DNA of 63,826 nucleotides, the filler included, from Craspedostauros australis (lineage: Eukaryota): assembly GCA_030167865.1 (NCBI GenBank). It is 9 parts of 9 records of this genome, joined end to end, with 100 filler letters (N's around TTAATTAATTAA, not from the genome) between each part and the next. Parts side by side here need not be neighbours in the genome. Positions count along the whole stretch, not along the records: positions 27,483 to 38,952 come from JALAGF010003918.1; positions 39,053 to 49,243 come from JALAGF010003919.1; positions 49,344 to 57,568 come from JALAGF010003920.1; 6 more parts are not named here. One strand, given 5' to 3'. Numbering within the stretch: position 1 is the first letter of the stretch; each line of letters opens with the position of its first letter. Position numbers and translations under genes: made by a program. Shown here one piece after another: positions 36,270 to 49,884 of the stretch. Under the pieces are notes generated by a model. The model saw nothing but the letters and a program-made list of their open reading frames with translations, did no database searches and was not told the origin of the DNA.

Positions 36270-37006
36270 ATGAGCAATACCACCAGCAGCGATGCTGCCC
36301 TCCCACCCGACTACCAAAAAAGGGCGGAGACATTTGGATTCGCCTCTCCCGGCGACGTCGTCAAGGCCATGAACGAACCAGGCGTCATCGTTCTGGATGT
36401 TCGAACCAAGGGTGAAATTGAGGAACAGGGAACAGTGGCGCAAGTCAACCCCGAGACTGAGTATGTGTACAGTAACTGCACACCAGCGAAGTGCCCAGAG
36501 CTGACGGCGGAAGCCGGGAAACTCCTTCCGAACAAGGATGGTGAGTATTGGTTGTCCGTTGTGCGCTCTACGAGTATGCTTATTGGCCCAACGTGTCTCG
36601 ATGAAGATGCTTAAGTCACCATGGTCTGAGTAGCAATCTTCCCCTTGCATCTCGCATCTCACTTGGAGTCTCCATTGTACTGCCATATCTCGTATTATCG
36701 AATCACTTGTAAACTGCGTACTGCCAAACAACATGGACGCGTCGAATGTCACCACCACCAATAACAACTGTAATGCGACATCATTTTGACGACGATGATG
36801 GAAACCGAAACGATACTCTTCTTTCCATTGGCACTCATCCATCGCAACACTCTCGAATCTGTGCAAGAGCAGCAACAATCGTCATCCACTGCGCATCCGG
36901 AAGACGTGCAGCAACAGCACAACGAACTCTGGAGGGTCAGGGTTATTCGAATGTTCTCAATGCTGGTGGTTTGGCAGATGTGAAAGCCATTCTCGGTCAG
37001 AACTAG
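36270..37006 (+). CDS. Single-domain rhodanese (PspE/GlpE-like); exons 36270-36540 and 36873-37006; the true start may lie upstream
   Basis: VLDVRTKGE, active-site loop IHCASGRRA and GYSNVLNAGG. A GTGAGT...CAG intron restores the frame. Confidence 0.88.
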
Positions 37007-37348
37007 TGAAGACCTATCAAGCACGGCCGTATCCGAGAGAAAGAGAGACAGAAGAGGAAAGAAGCCAGCATCAACTCACATTGGACCCACTACCCCAAAC
37101 AAATAGTCACCGAAGAGTTGGAATCAAGCCACACGCACTTCCATTCGTCGCCCGTACTCGTACACCATAACCGTAGAAACCACAACAGCCAAGAAAAGCA
37201 ACAGTTCTGATGGAGATCACTCATTCGATGATAGAGTGCAATGAGCAATGCGAATGCAAGTATCGACGCGCTCCAAACCCACTCCATCCTCTGATACCCG
37301 TGTGTATGTGTCTCTCACACCTTGTCTTTCCATCGTAGCCACAGCCAC

Positions 37349-37420
37349 ACACAAGATCACACACATGATCACACACATGATCACACACATGATCACACAC
37401 ATGATCACACACATGGCCAC
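37349..37420. repeat. 12-bp tandem repeat (ACACATGATCAC) x6
   Basis: Four perfect units with one degenerate unit on each side. Confidence 0.95.
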
Positions 37421-38043
37421 AATCACGATCATAGAGAGCGTGGCGTTGACTCCATCGTGCTCATCCATCGCGTTGCTGCCGATGTAGTGGTTCTGTGTGC
37501 ACATGTTCGAACGCTTCATTCGTTTTGTCACTTGCGATGACCGTTATTCATGTTCATTTATATCAAATATGTATTTATACCTTGCCTTCCACACATTCAT
37601 TCGACTCGTCTGATCATTTGAGAATACACATATATTTGTAAAATAATACGTCTACCGCAACGACCAATCACGTCCGTTACTTCCTTCCAATATACATAAC
37701 GGACACATACTCATGTAACGAACATGTACTTTTATCATGCAAATACTTCGTCTGTACCTACCACCCACCCATCTCATCAACAAGATACCAAACCGATCCA
37801 ATCACCCAAACACATCACATCCAACACAGAACCACAGAACCATTCGGATACGCACTGCCACAACGCGAGCAACTGTGCTCCACGCCCTCCTCAGAAGATG
37901 GAGCTGAAACATCCATACGAGTACGACTCAGAACATCATCATCACCACCAACAGCGACTGACACGAGAACAACGACGGGAACGACCACACGTCACGACGT
38001 CACAGTGTCACGACGTCACGAAGGAGGAAGTGACGACAGCGAC

Positions 38044-38952
38044 ATGAACACTGGCGATGCTGACTGGGATGACCTGTGCCTTGACCCCTTCCAAGACTGC
38101 ATCGAACGAGGCAACAAGGAGGGAAGAGAAGCGGGCTTGCGGGCTGGTTTCCAGGAGGGTGTGGCACTTGGCAGACGGAAGGGTGTTGAGTACGGAGTGG
38201 AACTCGGTTACATCCGAGGGTTTGCTGATGAGGTACAATCCATCCTTGATGGATCGACCGGGGCCAATGTTGGCACCAAGAACGAAGACGTAGGTGTGAG
38301 CACTGCGAGTGTCGTGGATGGGAACGAGTCTGCGAATGACACCATGCTGCCACCAACATCATCGTCGCCATCGTCGCCATCGATGGCAGCAGCAGCATGG
38401 CCCACGCCATCACGATTGCAGCAGCATCATCAGCCACAGGCAACGCCGCATCCACCACGCGTGATCCATTCGATATGGAACGCGACCAAGCAAGAAAAGA
38501 TCTCACGAGATCTGCGACAGCTGCATGCGGCCTTGGATGATTTCGAATCGGTGGATAATCTCTTCCGATCAGCTGCTGGCAGCGACTACAACGCTCTGCC
38601 GCTCCATAGTCGAGATCTAAACAAGGTGGGAGACAAGGTGGGAGACAAGGTTGGAGAAGGCAGCAGCGGCCAAAGGCAAAGTCATGCTCGAACCCACCAG
38701 CAGGAACACGATGATGGTGAAGAAACATCATTAATGGTGGTGGGAGCGGATGAGACGGGAGCTTCTGTGCCGACTCCACAGCCGCCGTCCAATGCGATTG
38801 ATGTCATCCACAAGATGCAACGCATCCGGGCGAGATTCAAGTTGCTGACGGTTCATCTGGGACTGAGCCGAGTAACTTTGAAGGATGTGATGGATCAGGC
38901 ATCGTTGCACAAGGCAACGGGAGGCTCTGTCAGTCCCACTGGCACGCACGCA
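38044..38952 (+). CDS. LTO1: LTO1/ORAOV1-like protein (Yae1_N deca-GX3 motif), 3'-partial
   Basis: GNKEGREAGLRAGFQEGVALGRRKGVEYGVELGYIRG, plus the C-terminal MQRIRARFKLL typical of ORAOV1/LTO1. Confidence 0.8.
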
Positions 38953-39052
38953 NNNNNNNNNNNNNNNNNNNNNNNNNNNNNNNNNNNNNNNNNNNNTTAA
39001 TTAATTAANNNNNNNNNNNNNNNNNNNNNNNNNNNNNNNNNNNNNNNNNNNN

Positions 39053-41245
39053 GCCACCAAGGCCGACGAATGCGATGTCGCACGTGGTTCTGCCGCGCTG
39101 AGACTTCCGGTTATGGTTGCGTTCTCCCCCGCGTTCGTTGCTGCGGGTGCTTGCGACTGCGACTGCGCTTGTGCTGAATGCTGCTGCATTTGTTGTTTGA
39201 GCTGCTGAGCGAGGAGTTGAAGGTGCTGGGACTGCGACGATGGCTGTGGTTGCGTCTGCTGCTGCGCTGTGCCGCTTGCTGATGCTGACGCGCCTTTGCT
39301 CGCGCTTGTGTCTTCCGCCGCGGCATTTATCGTTGTTGTCGCTTGGTGCTGCTGCTGTTGCTGCTGTTCCAGAAGTGCCTGCAACGCCGTTGACGTATCA
39401 GATGGAATCAACGGATTCGCAGAGCTGGCAAGAAGGTCACCGACGGATTGCTGCTGTGCCAGCAACAGTGGATTCAACCCACCCAATTGCTGTGCCAGAA
39501 GCAAGGACTGTTGCTGCTGTTGTTGTTGCTGTTGTTGCTGTAGAACGGACGCAAGCAACGATCGCTGTGTCGCCATCTCCGTCGGCTGTCCGAGTTGTGA
39601 TAGTGCCAACAGCCTTTCCATAGAATTCTGCTGTGGTTGAAGATGGGCAAGCAAGGCACCGGGATTGCGTTGGAGCAAGCCAAGAGAGTTGCCGCCTGAT
39701 AGCCGTTGCAGCAGCTGCTGTTGCGCAAGTTGCTGTTGGAGTTGGAGATGAAACGGAGACTGATTCTGTTGTCCCAACTGCTGCTGTTGTCCCAACTGCT
39801 GCTGTTGTTGCTGTTGTTGTTGCTGCTCCATGGCGACACCCCGAGCAAAGGCATCCAATGTCTGTTGTCGGGTCTGCTGTTGTGATTGATTGTCAGATGG
39901 GAATTGAGACTGGCTGGCCGAGGCTGCCTGGACACGATGGGGGGTACTCGCGCCAGTCTCCGCATGCGCTGATCGCGGTGGTGATAATGACGATGAAGAC
40001 ATTGCCACCGTCGCAGCGGCCGCACCAGTGGCGGCACTGGGCCTTGCCAACGGCGGTTCGTCCCTCACCTTCAGTTTCTCACGAGTGATTCTGATGCATA
40101 GATCGATCCTGTCCTTGACGAAGTACGGATGCGATATGGAGCTTTGCTGACGTTTGCCACCTCTGGTGGCGTTGAAGCCCCAAAGGTTGAGTTGCCGTTG
40201 GAATGACTTGTACCGCGATTGCTTGAAGTAGCGTGGCACTGCTCATGTCAGAGCAATTCAGTGCATGGCGCACGAGTACGGTATTGGCATCGAATGACGG
40301 TTGTGAGAAGGTTGCAATTTGGCAACGTTGTTGATACAAGTGCAGGTGCAGTTGGATGGCATTTGATTTCGTTCCGTTTGATGCCATGCCATGCGTGAGA
40401 AGTTGGATGTGATGCAAGGTGTGAGTTGGTTGTGAGTTGGTTATGAGTGATGTTTCAACACAGCGATTGCATGTTGCACCAGTCTTGGTCCCCAAGAAAG
40501 GGTCGCCACACGGCGTCACTGGCATGATGATCACGATCACGTTGGTCAATGTTGCATGTCCAGTCGTTTGCATCTCCAGTGGTCTCGAAACGAATGCCAA
40601 GCACCAATAGTCGGTCACCAATCGTCCAACGACCAGTCACCAACCAGCTAACTTACGGATGATATTCATGAATCTGTCGCGGTCTCGAATGACGAAGGAA
40701 CGGCCGTCAGGCGACCAGCCCACGATGTCATCGTCGCCCTCTGTTTCTGCGGCTTCCAGCATCTTGTGAAGCTTGAAGGGGAAATGCAGGAAGGACGGCG
40801 ATGATGTTGGCAACGCCGTGGGAGGCGATGGGCCTGATGGCAATGCTGCTGCTGCTGATGATGATGGCATTGCTGATGCCACTTGCTGCCGCTTGTCGCC
40901 GCGAGCTCGATTCGTTTCGTATTCATCATTGCCACGATCGTGGACTTGATCGACGCTGCCGCTGGCAGATGTTGTCGGGGCGCTTTTCGCTTGCTTGAGT
41001 TTCTGCTTCTGCTTCTTCATCTTGAGCCGTCTCTTGTCCTTCTTCATCTTGATCTTCATCTTCGGACTGCCGTCCATGCGGGATTTGTTTGTTGGCCTTG
41101 CATCGCTCCCATCGTCATTGCTGCCATGGTCGTCATTGCTGCTGGAGCAGCTGTCTTCTTCGCCGGCCTTTGCAGGTCCTTTCTTTTCATTCCTCGCAGC
41201 CATGGAACCGTGCAAGCTCTTGCGCTTTCTGCCGCCTTTGTCCAT
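39053..41245 (-). CDS. HSF: Second, 3'-truncated representation of the same HSF gene; exons 41245-40657 and 40238-39053
   Basis: Exact reverse complement of 30830-33022. Confidence 0.9.
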
Positions 41246-44200
41246 GACGGCGTGGCTGTGATGTGGTGATGGGTTGGCTTGTCAGATCCTGCGAGCTAAG
41301 TGGAGTAGAGTACTCGAAGTAAGTGGTTGTCGTCAGGGTGGGCAGGGTGGTCAGGCTTGTCAGAGTTTGGTGCTTTCGTTGAGATAGAAGCGTCTGCTTA
41401 TTGAGATGGTTGTGGCTGTGGGTGTGGCTGAGGAAGCAGGCAGCTTGATGGATGGACGAGGGTCCGAATCACAGGTCAGAGTGGATTGCAACCACGGCGC
41501 GTCGAAGTATCAACAGCAGCAGTCGCAGCAGCAGTAGGAGCAGCGGTGGGAGTATGGCACAACCTATGAAGATCCAGTGGTTGACCGACCCACGCTGACA
41601 GGCGAGATGGGAAGGCAACTTGGAGTTGTACCTACGCTCTGCGAACGGAGATGGCGAAGCCGGAGAGCGAAGATGATTGTGACGGTTGTGAGGGAGTGAA
41701 GCAGGTGGGCACTTCAGAGCGTAGGATGCAGAGCGTAGGACGCAGAGCGTGGTGTGGAAGATAGGAGAGTGCAGGTATTCGTGTGTTTAGAGTGCAGAGC
41801 ATGTAGAGTGCCAATACTTGAATACTTGGACAGCGCTCCACGCTCGTCTTGCTCTACTCTACTCGTACTCTGTTCGTGCTCTACCCTGCTTTACTCTGCT
41901 CTGCTCTACTCTGATCTGTTCGTTTCTCCTGGGTTTTGGGGACGGGTTCTTTGTTCCTCTGTGATTGCCGTTGACCCTTTGTGGTGTTTCGTCTTTGCTT
42001 TGTTCCTTGCTTTGTCTGTGTGTTTCGCCGTTGTGAATGCACGAGCTATCGCAGGTATGAGCATGGTCCTCTGCTCGTATGTTTGTATGACATTGGTAAC
42101 GGCGAAGGTGAGGGCGATGACCGAAAGAGAAAGGAGGCACAAGGAAGCCAGAAATAGGCAGAAAAGCCAAAACCAAGACCAACTTGCCTCGCAGTACTGC
42201 GTTATTGTTGTTGTTGTCGTTGTTCTGACTTTTCGTTGTTGGGAATCTCGTGGTTGTGCCTGCTCTATTCTCGTCCACTGTGCGAGCTATTCCTCCGTCT
42301 TGTCGTCTTCGCCACAAGTTGGCTGGATGGAGAGAATGGTGAATGTTCGTCAACGGTTCCTGTATCGTGGGGTGACACGCGCTCTCCCATGAGCGCCAAC
42401 AGAACGTTACTCGGCGTCGCTCTTGTCCACCCACGCGGTATCTGCATTGATACGGGAATGTGCCCTCACTCGCCATGCGTACCAAACACGATCTCAGGAC
42501 AAATTGGCGGAGCCCACAACACCACCACCAACAACGACAACGACATCATCGCCATCGACAACCAAACCTGCAAAGGGCGATGGTAGAAAGCGTGCACCAC
42601 CACAGAACACCGAATGGTCCATTGCGGCGCGAAGAACAAAGCCCAGTCCCTCCTCAAAGGAACCGGGAAAATGTCTCTGCGAAACCGATTATAAACGCCC
42701 CAAACCACCACGTCAAACACCCAACAGAAACACAAGTAAACGACACCCATCGAACTCCAACCCCGCCAACTTCACCGAACAAACAACCAAATGATCAGAC
42801 CAAACGATGACGAGATGGTCGAGAGGTTCGGGACACTCGAATAGATCGTACTTGACCAGGCCAATGGATGGACGCCTCTTGATCCATCCATCTCCCGACT
42901 GCCTGAACAAGTGACTATCATTTTTTTCCGTTTCGAACGGAGCATACTCGGTACCTGCGACAAGCGACAACGTCACTCGCGATGATGATGAGGAGGAGGA
43001 GGAGGGAGACAGTGGTGTTGGTAACAGGGATGAGAGCAAATGGGGAGAAAAACAGCGAACTGCGAAAGATCGGAGAGTTCACCAGCGAGGCACTTTCTGA
43101 GGGGGCATTCCCCCATCATTTGAAAGTCCCGCGCGTATTTATGAACAAGGCGAAGAGGTCGCAACTCTTTCACGCCACACACAATCGCACACACAATCAA
43201 GAACACAACTGCAACTCGCCCATGCTATGTACTACGAAAATCGCCACCTCAGAGAAGCCGTATAATTGTTGTGTCACGATGGAATTCGGAAAGGTCCAAA
43301 AACTCAGGTGGGTGCGTTAACACGAGACGAGTCATCCATTCGTTGTTCTGCTTCGCATAAAAGAGCTTCCAAGCGATTCAGACAGACGCTGGATACAATA
43401 CGAATACCACACGAATGATGTTGGTCGGCGAAATTCGGTGGGAGATGATGTCGAATTCGACAAGCGAGGGAGAATGCGCAGTTGTTCTTGTCACAGTCCT
43501 GCATCGTCTTGTAGTGTACTGTACCACTGCACGCGGTGTCACATGGTGCTCTGCCCCGCTTTACCAGTACTCTCTTCTATTTTTGTTGTTCGTTTGTTAT
43601 TGTGGGGCTATGGTCAGAGGGTGGTACCTCTTCATGGCACATCCACACTGTACTCAACTACTCGTATTAGCAGTCGTACGTAATAGGTTGTACCAGACAT
43701 GCTTGTACTCGATTCCTATTGACGCAGCGCGATGCAAGATGAGATTGCCGAAGTGCTTCACTCCACGCTGCTCCGTCCTACTCCACCTCACTCAACCTTA
43801 CTCCACTCAATCCGCAATGCAAACCAACAGAGGCCCTTCTTGTTGGTAATCTTCCATCGACCAGAGTCTCAGATGGTTGTTCTGCATGGACGGGAAGAGC
43901 TCGTGTGAATGAAATGCACGCGAGTACTCTGAGAAAGCGGGATCAAGTCTCGCGCAAAGCGCGGTTGGAGATTTGGTCCTTCGATGAGTCTCCAGCTTGA
44001 CCTTGAGCTCGAGGTTAGGCATGGACTTGGATGCCGTGTTGTCTCTCCCGTTCTGCCGTTCATGGCAATGGCGACGGTGGCGGCGATGGTGGCCACATCG
44101 GCTCTGTCGCAACAGCAACCAACTACGACTGCTCATGTTCGGACCGCCCAACCTCTGTCTTTTCGCGACATTCGACATTCGACATCGCGACCGCGTTGGT

Positions 44201-45397
44201 AGGTAATCGTGAGGAGTACTCGGAAGTATGGCCAGGATGGTTACCATACACCCACTCCCATTCATGCTTACTTTGCAAGCCGTGCACCAGGAGTATGTAC
44301 CATCGATCGTACGTAACAGTCTCGCACACGACAGAGCAACCCCCTTGCATCAATACCATACCAGCCGCTACTTCTATCGTCGAATGCGAACATGATGGAA
44401 TGGATCCTACAAGCACCTTCGTCGCTCCATACCTCCAATCGCCACTACTCAGCGAATGCCACAGTCGCAATGGTATGCCCACTCGTATCCAAAGATCAAG
44501 ATATCAAACTCTTGGCTCCTCAGGTCATGTCTGTGCCAATGGTTCACTTCCTCTCTGATGCCATGGGCTTGGCCTCTCCTTCACGACCGCTCAGGAGTGT
44601 ACTACTCTGCTCACGACCATACTACTTCGAAATGCTCATACTCCAGAGTCCTCTGCCTAGTCTACTCGCAAGTGCTTGACATTGCTTTCCACGTCTCTAA
44701 GTCTCCTCATGTGGCTTGCGTTTTGTGCTGTGTTTGGACTTGTTGTGAGTCAATGCAACTCCTCTGCTCTGCTCTGTTCTATTCTGTGTTTCTATCTTGC
44801 ATCGTTCAGTCTATGCATAGAGCTTCTGTAAACACACACGAAATACACTCCCAAAGCGCATCGTCTTCCTGGCGTGAGCATGGCAGACTACAACGTGCAT
44901 ACACGCGAATTCGTGACAAATACGACAATCACACATTTCCACAGATGTATTAGAACTAACTCAGAATCCACAGTAGATGATGTTGGTTTGTTGTAACTAC
45001 GATGTTGGTCTTATTTGAAGTCGACTTATGTCTTCTGTTGTTGCTGTTGTTGCTGTTTCTGTTGTTGCTGTTCTTGCTGCTGTTGTTGCTGTCAGCACAC
45101 AACCGGTTGTTTTGTTGCTTGGTTCCTTGTTGAGCCTATCTTTTCGTTTGACTCGTTTGACTCTAATGCTGTTGCCATCCCGTCGTGACGTCACACCTTC
45201 GTCTGGTTTCGCTCCAATAAGATGGAGGTATTCAAAATCAAACCACAACATTGTCAACACACAACAACCACACGAACAAGGACTCCACACAAACCATTCA
45301 AGATCCATGGACGAATCCTCACAGCCGCAAACACACCACCGCACGAGTAGGTCGTACTTGACTCCACTCTAATCTACTCTAATCGACACCATCTATC

Positions 45398-48300
45398 ATG
45401 CCGTTCTCCCCCGCGAATAAGCGCAGCATCAGCCAGGGCAGCAACATGTCCACCAACTCAAGCTCGCTGGCTGCGACATCTGCGTCCATCAACGACAAGA
45501 GGCAGCTCGTGAGACCATCTGCACACATTCCCTGGTCGGTGGATGTGGTGTCGGCCGTTCCACGGGCGTTGGGAACCAGCGCTTCGCTGCTTGTGGATGC
45601 CGCCGCTTCCGCCTCCTGCCCTGGGTGGGCCTGCGTGGCATCCCATGATGGATACGTCCATGTCTGGCAACCCAAGACCACGTCTCTGGTCCAAGAACGA
45701 GTGCAAGGACCCAGAGACTTTCGGAAGATCTATCTTCCCCACCTCAATCTCAATACTGGACCTGATCCGACCTCAGCATCAGAACCAGCGCCATCGCCAG
45801 CACGAGTACGTCCGTCAAATCAAGGACCCGATAGCCCGGCGGCTACCAACGCTACAGACCAACGCATCTTCCTGGGTCTGCGAGCATCGATTGGGGATCG
45901 CGGAGATGCAGTCAACCTCTTCGCTCTGCATGCCGCAACCGGGATCTTGACACTGAGGAAGATCACCAAGGCTGATCTGCACTCTCGGTTGCCTCTGCCT
46001 GGCAAGACGACCACTGTGCGCATCGATCTGGAGGAAGGGGAGAGCGCGACGACGCTGTCCATCTCGCCAAATGGTGGGATCGTGGTGATCGGAACATCGT
46101 GGGGTAGACTGTACTGGATCACGCATACTCTCGTTCCCGCCGGCTTACACGTTCGTCTGATGCAGGATAGCTCTGCTTCATCCGGGATTCTGTCACGCAT
46201 CGCATCTGGATTGGTGTCCACCGTTTCATATGGCACCGGTGTTGGCAGTGGCAGTGGCAAGACACCGAGCATCGGTCATCCCATCCAACAGATCATCATC
46301 AAATCCACCCCATCGTCGACCAAGGGTGGAGTTTACACGATGTACTCGGTCACGTCACCGGGAGATGTCACCCGATGGATGATCACTCCAACCGTGGCAG
46401 ATGCCCACCACGCATCTTTCGCTGCGTGCCAGATCGGGAATCTCCTCGTCAATCACAACAACCGCCAATTGACTGCCCAACAACCATGGCTGTTTGCAGG
46501 AGGTCTCAGCAACAATGGCAACGTCAGCATCAACGTCATTCGAGTCACTCTCAGCGATGCACCATCGTCATCATCGTTGGCATCGTCGAGTGGAATTGAG
46601 ATGTCTGATGATACCATGATGGGTGGTAACAAAGAGCATGATTCCATCCATGCAATCGTCCGTGCCAACCGTGGCAACGAGTCCAAGCTCTTTTGGTTGG
46701 AAGGTACAATCATCTCTGACACCACCGCCACCACCGACAACAGTAACAGCAGTTCTGGCAATGCCAAGTCTCGGTCTCCACCATCGTTCCGGTTAGTTCG
46801 GGCACAGTGGCTCTCACGCTTTGCAGTTCCCTCTCACGTCCAGGTGCTGGCACTGCTATCAGCTGCGAATGGCATCGTCTACGGATCATTCTGCTCGCTG
46901 GCATCCAACTCCATCAACCACAACACCAACATCATCATGGCAGTTTCGAGCAACAATAACATCAACAATACCAGCAACAGGGACAACAGCAACCGCGACA
47001 GCGACAGCGATGTCGTTCACAGTGCTGACGGCAATCAGCAAGAGGGAGACATCATCCATGAGGTTGACTTGCCAACCACGCAAGTTCCCGCCCTGCTACC
47101 AGATGCATTCGCAAAGGATACCGTCACACATGGCTTCACCGCGATCACAACATCGGGATTGGGAATCCGCGTCCGTCTCATTCGTTCCAGGTCCTCCAAA
47201 TTCGGTCCTCCAATCAAACGGCTCCGAAGCGGCGACAGCGCAACCCCAGCCAGCATGGCACTCATCCAAACCCTCATGTCTCATCTGCGATCGGTCTTTT
47301 GGCAGTCCTATCAGAACACGGACGAATCCATCATCAACGGACGTCTGCTGCCACCCAGCCTCACGCAGGCCGATGCTGAGGACCTGGAGGTGGCCGTGAT
47401 CGCTTTCGCCAAGGAGCTGCAGCACAAGGTGGACAAGTCATCGGCCCAGAACCCGCTGGAATGGCACGCCACGCTCATCCAGCTGCTGCAGAACGGCGGA
47501 CTGTACCGATCTCTGTCAACAACCTGCCGATACCAGCTTCTGTCAATCGGTCAGCAGCTGGCCGTCTTTGATACCTTGAGCAATCACCGAGCGGAGGGGT
47601 CGTGGGAGCAGGACCAGCTCTCCAAGCTGCAGTCATATGACATCGCAGATTGGCTGTTGAAGATCCTGACGCAGGAGGAGCAGACCAACTGGCCGCATGC
47701 TCCAACATGGGCCTCGTGGCTGCACCACTGTCTGCACATGGCTTCATTCTACAGGGATGAGCGCGCCGTCACATTCTACGACGTCCCTGACGACCAGCCA
47801 TTCGAGTTTGGATCCAGCACCGCCGCGGGCGAGTTCCGACCATTCCTGAGTCATCCATCCTTCCAGTCGGTGCTGCTGCGGCAGATCAAGCACCTCCGAC
47901 GCGAGGCGTCACTGGGCGTGGGGTTGGACATGGATCAGGCGGAGACGGTGGTGGCAGCCACCCTTCGGTCGTTCGGAGAGTCTTGCGAAGACAGCGACAG
48001 AGACTCGAAGAAGCAGTATGCCAAGGTGAAGGTGCTGTGCATTGGGTTGTTGCGGATGATCAACGGAGGCGACGATGAGACGGCGTTCGACCTGTCCGTG
48101 CAGTATGGTCACTTCGAGGCCATCTGCCAGATATCCGCCGATCACGAGAAGAAGCGAGATGCATCCTCGTATGCGCTGGATCGGTTGCTGGATGAAACGG
48201 AACAGGTCGATCTGCTGTCCGGATCCACCTTTGCCCAGTTCGTGCTGCAGTGGCACGTCGACAAGGGCATGTTCGGTCACGTGCTGAACTACGGAAGGCA

Positions 48301-49243
48301 CTCGCCGAAGGACCTCAACGCCCTCCTCAGGCAAGATGAGCGATTGCGACCGTACCGATGGGTCCAGCACATCCGGCAGGGTGATTACGACGGCGCCACT
48401 GATTCGTTGCTGCATCGATGTGCCGGTGTCGATGATGTCGATGATGCCAATCGTGCCGATGACATCACAGGCGACCGTCAAGAGGGCGCAAAGGGGATGG
48501 CCGCCACGACAAAGAACATCCTGTGGTCCTTGAGCATGGCCAAGCTGTCGCAGAGGTTGAACGTGACCAAGAGCCGAAGCGTGCTGGATCGCGGTGATGA
48601 CATCGAGCGGCGTTTGGACCTCGTGAATTGTCAGCAGATGCTGACGGAAGGCGAATCCAGCAACGCGATGGATAGCGAAGCCGAGGCCCGCGTGACCACA
48701 GGATCAGAAGCGCTGATGGCCCCGCACCAACTTGTCAAGGTCGCTCTGGACAAGCTCGGCAAGACGAGCCACACCGAGGAACGCGTCCGCCTGTGCTTCA
48801 TTGCGCTGATGGTGTGCTCGTGCGTGGAGGATGAATCCTGGTCGCAGCGGATGGCCGCCGAGCTGTGGTCTTACTGCCTGTGGTGCGATACGCAGCTGTG
48901 GTTGGATTGGATTCGCACGCAGAAGGATCTGACCGACTCGAACCTGCGCGAGCTGGCCACGGAATCGACCGTGTTTGGCCAGGTGCTCGAGGAGCTCCGT
49001 GGCGTCTTGAAAGACCTTGCAAGTGCGAATACCAACGGCAATGGCAGTGGCAGCGCTTCCGGGCTTGCAAACGACGGCGGTCAAGGTCGAGGTCGAGGTC
49101 GCAAAGGGGATCGTACCGAGAATGGCGGGAGGCCTGGATCCCGTGCTTCATGTTTGAAGGCGGTGTGCTACGGGAAGCAGATGGAAGGCATGGTGCTGGA
49201 GAAATGGGGCCACCCCAACAGCAGGTCTGAGATGATCCGTCTC
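45398..49243 (+). CDS. NUP133: Nucleoporin Nup133-like (3'-partial)
   Basis: N-terminal beta-propeller-like strands (WACVASHDGYVHVW, VVIGTSWGRLYWI). C-terminal helical motifs QYGHFEAICQI, FAQFVLQW, RWVQHIRQGDYDGATDSL, LSMAKL and LDLVNCQQML match the Nup133 C-terminal pattern. Confidence 0.85.
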
Positions 49244-49343
49244 NNNNNNNNNNNNNNNNNNNNNNNNNNNNNNNNNNNNNNNNNNNNTTAATTAATTAAN
49301 NNNNNNNNNNNNNNNNNNNNNNNNNNNNNNNNNNNNNNNNNNN

Positions 49344-49884
49344 CCAATTTGGCAACATCCCCCAAGCAGCAAACTTCGTGCCGCGCTCTACTGGGCGCCA
49401 CAAGAATGAGCAAGAGGCAGCCCACAACCAAGCAGCGGAGGCTCGTGCGCAACAGGAGGAGGCTCGTCGTCGCCAGACGGAGCAGGAAGCCCGTGCTCTC
49501 ATTGAGCAGGCAAACGCTCGCGCGAACTTGGCACAACAGAGGGCGGCAACCGAGGCAGAAGCGCAGGTCCGTGCTGCGCAAGCGCACAATGCTCGTCTCA
49601 TTGAGCAAATGAGAGTGCTTGAGGAGGAGAAGGCCAAGTATGCTCGCATGGTGGAGCAGCAGCGCACAGCAGCAGCGAGCAACATTGACGATACCGGATT
49701 CTCCATCTCGGACATGCCACAAGCCCCCACAGCAGGGTTTGTGCATCGTCGCGAGAATGACCATGTCCCAAGCCGAGGCGATTCTGTTCGCCAACGAATG
49801 GATGGTGTCCCAGCCTCTGTCACAACAGGAAGTCATTCAGCTGCTGTCTCTGAGGATGGGCTTGCATCAACTGTGCATGCATGA
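49344..49884 (+). CDS. Partial A/Q/E/R-rich coiled-coil ORF, possibly a decayed transposon gene
   Basis: Open from the contig start (EQEAAHNQAAEARAQQEEARRR...). The downstream sequence is CA/TG-rich. Confidence 0.4.

Noticed and set aside
39053..44592. Giant inverted repeat or duplicated HSF paralogue
   Set aside because: The identity is exact and both copies begin at contig starts, which indicates an assembly overlap.
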